Shown here: positions 55,839 through 64,000 of the stretch, piece by piece
Layout of the letters: every line of letters begins with the position of its first letter
Position numbering within the stretch: the first letter of the stretch is position 1
From: Anthoceros angustus
Lineage: Eukaryota; Plantae; Anthocerotophyta
Length of the DNA stretch: 64,000 bases
Assembly: GCA_010909165.1 (NCBI GenBank)
Contig: VJWM01000119.1
Span: 62,001 to 126,000, forward strand
Direction: 5' to 3'
The notes under the pieces: model-generated
Seen by the model: the letters and a program-made list of their open reading frames with translations, nothing else
Databases searched by the model: none
Told to the model about the DNA's origin: nothing
Translations under genes and position numbers: made by a program

Positions 55839-57779
55839 ATAGATTAATGTATATTCTAGTTGAAAAAATTATAGCTCTTAATTTAGATTTTATAAATACA
55901 AGTAATAAATTTATCCAATACTTAATATATTATTTTTACAAATATTATTTTTCTCTTAAATGCCTTATTTTTCCCTTTATGATGCGTTTTTCCATGGATT
56001 GGAGACTATGAATCAGACATTGGTTGGGGCTAAGCTCTAGTCCAAGTCCCACATTCAAGACAACAGAAATGGAAGCCTAGACGATCATGGCAAAAGTCTT
56101 AAGCAGTGAGCATTTGGACAAGCTTGGTAGACATGTTTGCAAAATCCTTATTAGCTGGCGGGCCCGCAAAGCACGAGGATGAAACAATTGCGCAACACAA
56201 TTGAGGAGGCTATGCAAGCCGCTATCCACATGAACATTGTGGAGTGAAGCAAGGCTCGGTTCAAGTCATAGCGACTCCCATAGCCAATGAAGGTGGCTCC
56301 TCCTTGCCCTAACATGCCCTATCAAGGGCAAGGAGCCCTATGAGAACACAACTAAGAGTGAGTTGCAAGGCGACAAGGGCACATTGTTGCTGCCCGAGCT
56401 CTTGCAAGCTTGAGAGGAAGAGCCATCCCACCACACAACAAGAAAGCTAGTGTGAGGAAGGAGGAGGGAGGCAACTAAGGGTCACAAGAAGGCAAAGCGA
56501 ACAATAATTTAGACTTGGTGACAACCCGACATGTTATCCAAAGACCCAATCTCGATACTGTGAAAGGAAGGCGTGGCTCGTGATCCAAGAGCACTTAGGA
56601 GCTGGCCACGAAACAATGACTTGAAGATGAACCAGAATATTCATGCTTCCTCAAGAATATTCATGCTTTTCACTCGGAGGAGCTCAAATTCCAAGTCTCC
56701 AATCCTCGATCCTTCACCTTTGCTCATATGACCTCTTGCGGCTATACTAGCTAGGGCTTCGCAAACGCCCGCAACTGGCCTCAAAGGCGTTCTCTGCAAC
56801 TTAAACCTCACTCGCTCAACCAAATGAATCTGAATGATGGCGTAATGTGGTTACGAGGGCTACCACGAACAAATATCGACGACCTTCATATCGTGAAAGA
56901 AATGCACAAACCTTAAGCACATGACACCCCGAGCTTGGCCAATCATCTCTCTCACAATGTTTCCTTGTCGATCAAGTAGCCTCTCTTTGGTTCCCCATAG
57001 CTTGTTACGACATTGACGATGAGGTTAGCAGTGGCTTTCATCCACACATCAAGGGCTAAAACCCATAAAACACCAACGGTGACATCATGAGTTATAAATC
57101 ATTTGGTTCAATAAAATACACATTCACACGAACGCTTTAGGTAAAAAGTCGAGTGGAGAGGGTGGAGACCAAAGAGCGCAAGAGGAGCTTAATTGGTGTG
57201 CACTCTTTGCTCACACCTCCGGCCGCACCTTGGGCCAGCTGCCTATGAGATGCACACATGGCGACCAAACAGCCTACACTGCCGGCGACCTCGGCGACCT
57301 ACCGGCTATCCCAGACGATTCGGATAGTGTGCGGGACACATCGGGATCTCCCTATCTACCTATATCCTAATTATCCTTGGGCTTTGGCAAAATGCCCTCT
57401 ATTTACCTATCCTAATATTGTATCTATTTATGTGCCTTGCTCATGTCCTTGGGCTTTGGCAACCGCCCTTCCTCTTCTTGCCTATATATGCACATTGACG
57501 CATCCAAGGCACCCTACCACGACAACAAATTATCATACATCTTCTACCATGCAAAATGTCTACTCTTGTACATGGACTTTGTACCGACGTCATAAAAGGA
57601 GGAATATAATATCATGTGATTATGTAGCAAACAAAGTCCCATCGTGATGTACTCCAAAAGAAATTTTCTCAACTACTTTGATATGCTAAAGATTTCATGC
57701 TCCAAGTGAGCATTTGGACAAAGAAGCATTATATTCGGTGACCCCGAGGTCTTAGCGAAACACTATACAATTTGCATTG

Positions 57780-58462
57780 CAAGGACATCACAATCAAGAC
57801 CCACTCTATAAATGCATTAAAGGAGATGAACATTGGAGAAGTATTGGAGAAGTAGATATAAGCTTTTCTCTAAGTATGATTGGGGCATCAAAATTTGGAC
57901 AAAGAAGCATTATATTCGGTGACCCCGAGGTCTTAGCGAAACACCGTGCATCGAGGTGTCGACCAAAATCAAAAATTATAGATGGTTTCTTTGGTGCGGA
58001 AACACTATACAATTTGCATTGCAAGGACATCAAGTTACGAATTGACATCGACCACGAGAAGATTGAATTTGCAAAACATAATGCCAAAATTTATGGAGTA
58101 CAAGATCGTATTGAATTTATCGTTGGAGACTTTTCAAACTTGCTCCCAAGCTAAAGCGGACGTTGTTTTCTTGCGCCCATGGGGTGGACCAACTACGATA
58201 GCAAATCGAGGGAGTTTGATTTGCAAACCATGTTGCAGCCAAAGGATGGCAAAACATTGTTTTGACGGCACAACTCATTGCGCCAAACATTTTAATGTTT
58301 CTCCTCGTAACACGCCTCTACCTCAACTTAAAACATTGCCGCCAACTTATACATCAAGTTCTAACGCATTACATTTTGAGGAAACCAACTACATAGATAA
58401 TGGTTGCAAAGGACTTACTGTATTATGGAGATTTCCTTGCTCCTAAAAGAACTAGATTTTAG
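57780..58462 (+). CDS. TGS1: TGS1-like copy, indel-damaged
   Basis: Same motif series. Confidence 0.7.
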
Positions 58463-60365
58463 ATAGATTAATGTATATTCTAGTTGAAAAAAATTATAGC
58501 TCTTAATTTAGATTTTATAAATACAAGTAATAAATTTATCCAATACTTAATATATTTATTTTTACAAATATTATTTTTCTCTTAAATGCCTTATTTTTCC
58601 CCTTTATGATGCGTTTTCCATGGATTGGAGACTATGAATCAGACAATGGGGTGGTTGGGGCTAAGCTCTAGTCCAAGTCCCACATTCAAGACAATGAAAT
58701 GGAAGCCTAGACGTATCACTGTGGCAAAAGTCTTAAGCATGAGCATTTGGACAACCGCTTGGTAGACATGTTTGCAAAATCCTTATTAGCTGGCCGGGCC
58801 CGCAAAGCACGAGGATGAAACAATTGCGCAACACAATTGAGGAGGCTATGCAAGCCGCTATCCACATGAACATTGTGGAGTGAAGCAAGGCTCCGGTTCA
58901 AGTCATAGCAGCCCACTATAGCCAATGAAGGGCTGGCTCCTCCTTGCCCTAACATGCCCTATCAAGGGCAAGGAGCCCTATGAGAACACAACTAAGAGTG
59001 AGTTGCAAGGCGACAAGGGCACATTGTTGCTGCCCGAGCTCTTGCAAAGAAGCTTGAGAGGAAGAGCCATCCCACCACACAACAAGAAAGCTAGTGTGAG
59101 GAAGGAGGAGGGAGGCAACTAAGGGTCACAAGAAGGCAAAGCGCGAACAATAATTTAGACTTGGTGACAACCCGACATGTTATCCAAAGACCCAATCTCG
59201 ATACTGTGGAAAGGAAGGCTGTGGCTCGTGATCCAAGAGCACTTAGGAGCTGGCCACGCAAGCGACTTGAAGATGAACCAGAGAATATTCATGCTTCCTC
59301 GAAGAATATTCATGCTTTTCACTCGGAGGAGCTCAAATTCCAAGTCTCCAATCCTCCGATCCTTCACCTTTGCTCATATGACCTCTTGCGGCTATACTAG
59401 CTAGGGCTTCAAACGCCCGCAACTACTTCCGCTCCGGCGTTCTCTGCAACTTAAACCTCACTCGCTCAACCAAATGAATCTGAATGATGGCGTAATGTGG
59501 TTACGAGGGCTACCACGAACAAATATCGACGACCTTCATATCGTGAAAGAAATGCACAAACCTTAAGCATGACACCCCAGAGCTTGGCCAACTGTCTCTC
59601 TCTCACAATGTTTCCTTGTCGATCAAGTAGCCTCTCTTTGGTTCCCCATAGCTTGTTACGACATTGACAAGATGAGGTTAGCAAGTGGCTTTCATCCACA
59701 CATCAAGGGCTAAAACCCATAAAACACCAACGGTGACATCATGAGTTATAAATCATTTGGTTCAATAAAATACACATTCACGAACGCTTTAGGTAAAAAG
59801 TCGAGTGGAGAGGTGGAGACCGCAAAGAGCGCAAGAGGAGCTTAATTGGTGTGCACTCTTTGCTCACACCTCCGGCCGCACCTTGGACGAGCTGCCTATG
59901 AGATGCACACATGGCGACCAAGCGGCCTACACACCGGCGACCTCTGGCGACCTGGCTATCCCGAGACGTATTCGGATAGTGTGCGGGACACATCGGGATC
60001 TCCCTATCTACCTATATCCTAATTATCCTTGGGCTTTGGCAAAATGCCCTCTATTTACCTATCCTAATATTGTATCTATTTATGTGCCTTGCTCATGTCC
60101 TTGGGCTTTGGCAACGCCCTTCCTCTTCTTGCCTATATATGCACATTGACCGCATCCAAGGCACCCTACCACGACAACCTTATCATACATCTTCTACCGA
60201 TGCAAAATGTCTACTCTTGTACATGGACTTTGTACCGACGTCATAAAAGGAGGAATATAATATCATGTGATTATGTAGCAAACAAAGTCCCATCGTCGAT
60301 GTACTCAAAGAAATTTTCTCAACTGCTGATATGCTAAAGATTTCATGCTCCAAGTCGAGCAAAGA

Positions 60366-61066
<701 letters not shown>

Positions 61067-61866
61067 ATAGATTAATGTATATTCTAGTTGAAAAAAATTA
61101 TAGCTCTTAATTTAGATTTTATAAATACAAGTAATAAATTTATCCAATACTTAATATATTTATTTTTACAAATATTATTTTTCTCTTAAATGCCTTATTT
61201 TTCCCCTTTATGATGCGTTTTTCCATGGATTGGAGACTATGAATCAGATTAATGGGGTGGTTGGGGCTAAGCTCTAGTCCAAGTCCCACATTCAAGACAA
61301 TGAAATGGAAGCCTAGGCGTATCACATGGCAAAAGTCTTAAGCAGTGAGCATTTGGACAACGCTTGGTAGACATGTTTGCAAAATCCTTATTAGCTGGCG
61401 GGCCCGGCAAAGCACGAGGATGAAACAATTGCGCTGCAACACAATTGAGGAGGCTATGCAAGCCGCTATCCACATGAACATTGTGGAGTGAAGCAAGGCT
61501 CGGTTCAAGTCATAGTAGCTCCATTATAGCCAATGAAGGGCTGGCTCAAGGGTCACAAGAAGGCAAAGCGCGAATAATAATTTAGGGCTGGTGATAACCC
61601 GACATGTTATTTAGCAGCCAATCTCGACACCAGGAAAAGGAAGCTGTATGGCTCTGTGATCCAAGAGCACTTAGGGAGCAGGCCCTGAAATAATGACTTG
61701 AAGATGAACCGGTGAGCTCGAGCTAGTTAAGCGTCATAAAAGGAGGAATATAATATCATGTGATTATGTAGCAAACAAAGTCCCATCGCATACGATGTAC
61801 TCCAAAAGAAATTTTCTCAACTGCTACCGATATGCTAAAGATTTCATGCTCCAAGTCGAGCAAAGA

Positions 61867-62575
61867 ATGACACAATGCCTGCAGACGAGAGCAATACAAG
61901 GACATCACAATCAAGACCCACTCTATAAATGCATTAAAGGAGATGAACATTGGAGAAGTATTGGAGAAGTAGATATAAGCTTTTCTCTAAGTATGATTGG
62001 GGCATCAAGCTGGACAAAGAAGCATTATATTCGTGACCCCGAGGTCTTAGCGAAACACTGTGCATCGAGGTGTCGACCAAAATCAAAAATTATAGATGGT
62101 TTCTTTGGTGCCGGAAACACTATACAATTTGCATTGCAAGGACATCAAGTTACAGAATTGACATCGACCACGAGAAGATTGAATTTGCAAAACATAATGC
62201 CAAAATTTATGGAGTACAAGATCGTATTGAATTTATCGTTGGAGACTTTTTCAAACTTGCTCCCAAGCTAAAGGCGACGTTGTTTTCTTGCGCCCCATGG
62301 GTGGACCAACTACGATAGCAAATCGAGGGAGTTTGATTTGCAAACCATGTTGCGCCAAAGGATGGCAAAACATTGTTTGAACGGCACAACTCATTGCCAA
62401 ACATTTTAATGTTTCTCCTCGTAACACGCCTCTACCTCAACTTAAAACATTGCCGCCAACTTATACATCAAGTTCTAACGACATTTTGAGGCGGAAACCA
62501 ACTACATAGATAATGGTTGCAAAGGACTTACTGTATTATGGAGATTTCCTTGCTCCTAAAAGAACTAGATTTTAG
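61867..62575 (+). CDS. TGS1: TGS1-like copy, terminal unit
   Basis: Same motif series, followed by a diverged spacer and unique flank. Confidence 0.7.
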
Positions 62576-63207
62576 ATAGATTAATGTATATTCTAGTTGA
62601 AAAAAATTATAGCTCTTAATTTAGATTTTATAAATACAAGTAATAAATTTATCCAATACTTAATATATTTATTTTTACAAATATTATTTTTCTCTTAAAT
62701 GCCTTATTTTTCCCCTTTATGATGCGTTTTTCCATGGATTGGAGACTATGAATCAGATTAATGGGGTGGTTAGCTAAGCTCTAGTCCAAGTCCCACATTC
62801 AAGACAACAAATGGAAGCCTAGACGATCACCGTGGCAAAAGTCTTAAGAAATGAGCATTTGGACAAGCTTGGTAGACATGTTTGCAAAATCCTTACACAC
62901 CGTCCAAAGCACGAGGATGAAACAATTGCGCAACACAATTGAGGAGGCTATGCAAGCCGCTATCCACATGAACATTGTGGAGTGAAGCAAGGCTCCGGTT
63001 CAAGTCATAGTAGCTCCAGCTATAGCCAATGAAGGGCTGGCTCAAGGGTCACAAGAAGGCAAAGCGCGAATAATAATTTAGGGCTGGTGATAACCCGACA
63101 TGTTATTTAGCAGCCAATCTCGACACCAGGAAAAGGAAGCTGTATGGCTCTGTGATCCAAGAGCACTTAGGGAGCTGGCCCTGAAATAATGACTTGAAGA
63201 TGAACCG

Positions 63208-64000
63208 CTGAGGTGAGCTCGAGCTAGTTAAGCTTCGAGTCATACTTTCTGACACTTGGGCATAACTAGAGAAGGCGATAAAATTCGTCTTCGTGGATTC
63301 AGTCCAGAGGAAGGAGCAAGATCTCATGGGTAGAACCCATGGATAGGACAAGCCCAGACGTGTGGGCTTGATGGATGAGCTCTGAGCCACATGGATTCCT
63401 TTCCCAGAATCGTTCTTACTGAGTTGGCGGATGGGCTATGCATGGAGAGCTTGCTAGCTGAGGGCATGCTTAGATAGCAGATACGTTAGGACGATCGGAG
63501 TTAGGCGAAGCTTATAAAGGGTAATTTACGGCCAGTTACTTAAACTGAAGGTCAAGAGCTAGGGTCATGAAGACAAGCTGTGGACAACGGCATTGGCTCG
63601 GGGCTACTAAGGTCCGAGCCCAAGATCAAGATTGTCTCTGACATTTCCATGCGTGCGTGCCCCATCTTGGTGGATCCCCAAGGCACTTTACAAATGAACT
63701 TTTATGGATATCTCTTGTATGCTAAGTTTAGACTCACATAAAAAGATCAGTCAAAAACCTTTTCAAGTCTCAGAGCTAACCAATTGGTGTTAGAAACTCC
63801 ATGAGAAACATAGAAGAAATGAGTTTCATTTAAGGTTTCTTTGTATTTTAGAGTTGTTAGAGAAGAGATTGCTGTTGAAAAGAAACTCTAGAATACAATG
63901 AAAGATAACCTTAACAAAACTTGTGCACAACGTATAAAAAAAGTACAGATCAAACAACCAGTTTGACAGCATTGGGCAGCTTATACATTAATCTCTAATG
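63208..64000. other. unique non-bacterial flank of the array; no intact ORF
   Basis: Not repeated elsewhere except its first ~20 bp near 61,710. It has no convincing ORF and becomes AT-rich towards the end. Confidence 0.5.

Overview
The window has two unrelated halves and looks like an error-rich long-read consensus: almost every gene is split by single-base indels, so coordinates are approximate. Bases 1 to ~34,450 are a Bacteroidota chromosome segment, probably Chitinophagaceae-like. It carries OstA-like, mlaD and amidase genes divergent from an LptD-like gene, then plsC-like, ung, a secreted beta/gamma-crystallin protein, a nucleoside hydrolase, a co-oriented run (amidohydrolase, PaiB, DUF4832-like, GH95, sulfatase, PaoABC-like), MscS divergent from a sucrose-phosphate synthase/HAD fusion, dienelactone hydrolase, NERD, VIT1, a TSP3-OmpA protein and exported hypotheticals. 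At ~33,166 the sequence jumps back and repeats 21,368-22,640. At ~34,450 it jumps through the shared 9-mer CAATACAAG into non-bacterial DNA. Bases ~34,450-63,207 are a head-to-tail array of a ~2.6-kb unit. Each unit encodes an intronless, plant-like TGS1 (RNA cap trimethylguanosine synthase, Methyltransf_15) domain, with about 12 whole or partial copies visible. One copy type is interrupted by a ~1.6-kb TGTGG...CCACA element with a 5-bp CAAAT target-site duplication, typical of a solo LTR. The last unit is diverged and runs into unique flank. The most novel candidate is this amplified TGS1-like array. Its attachment to the bacterial genes is most likely an assembly chimera, and the copy number is unreliable.
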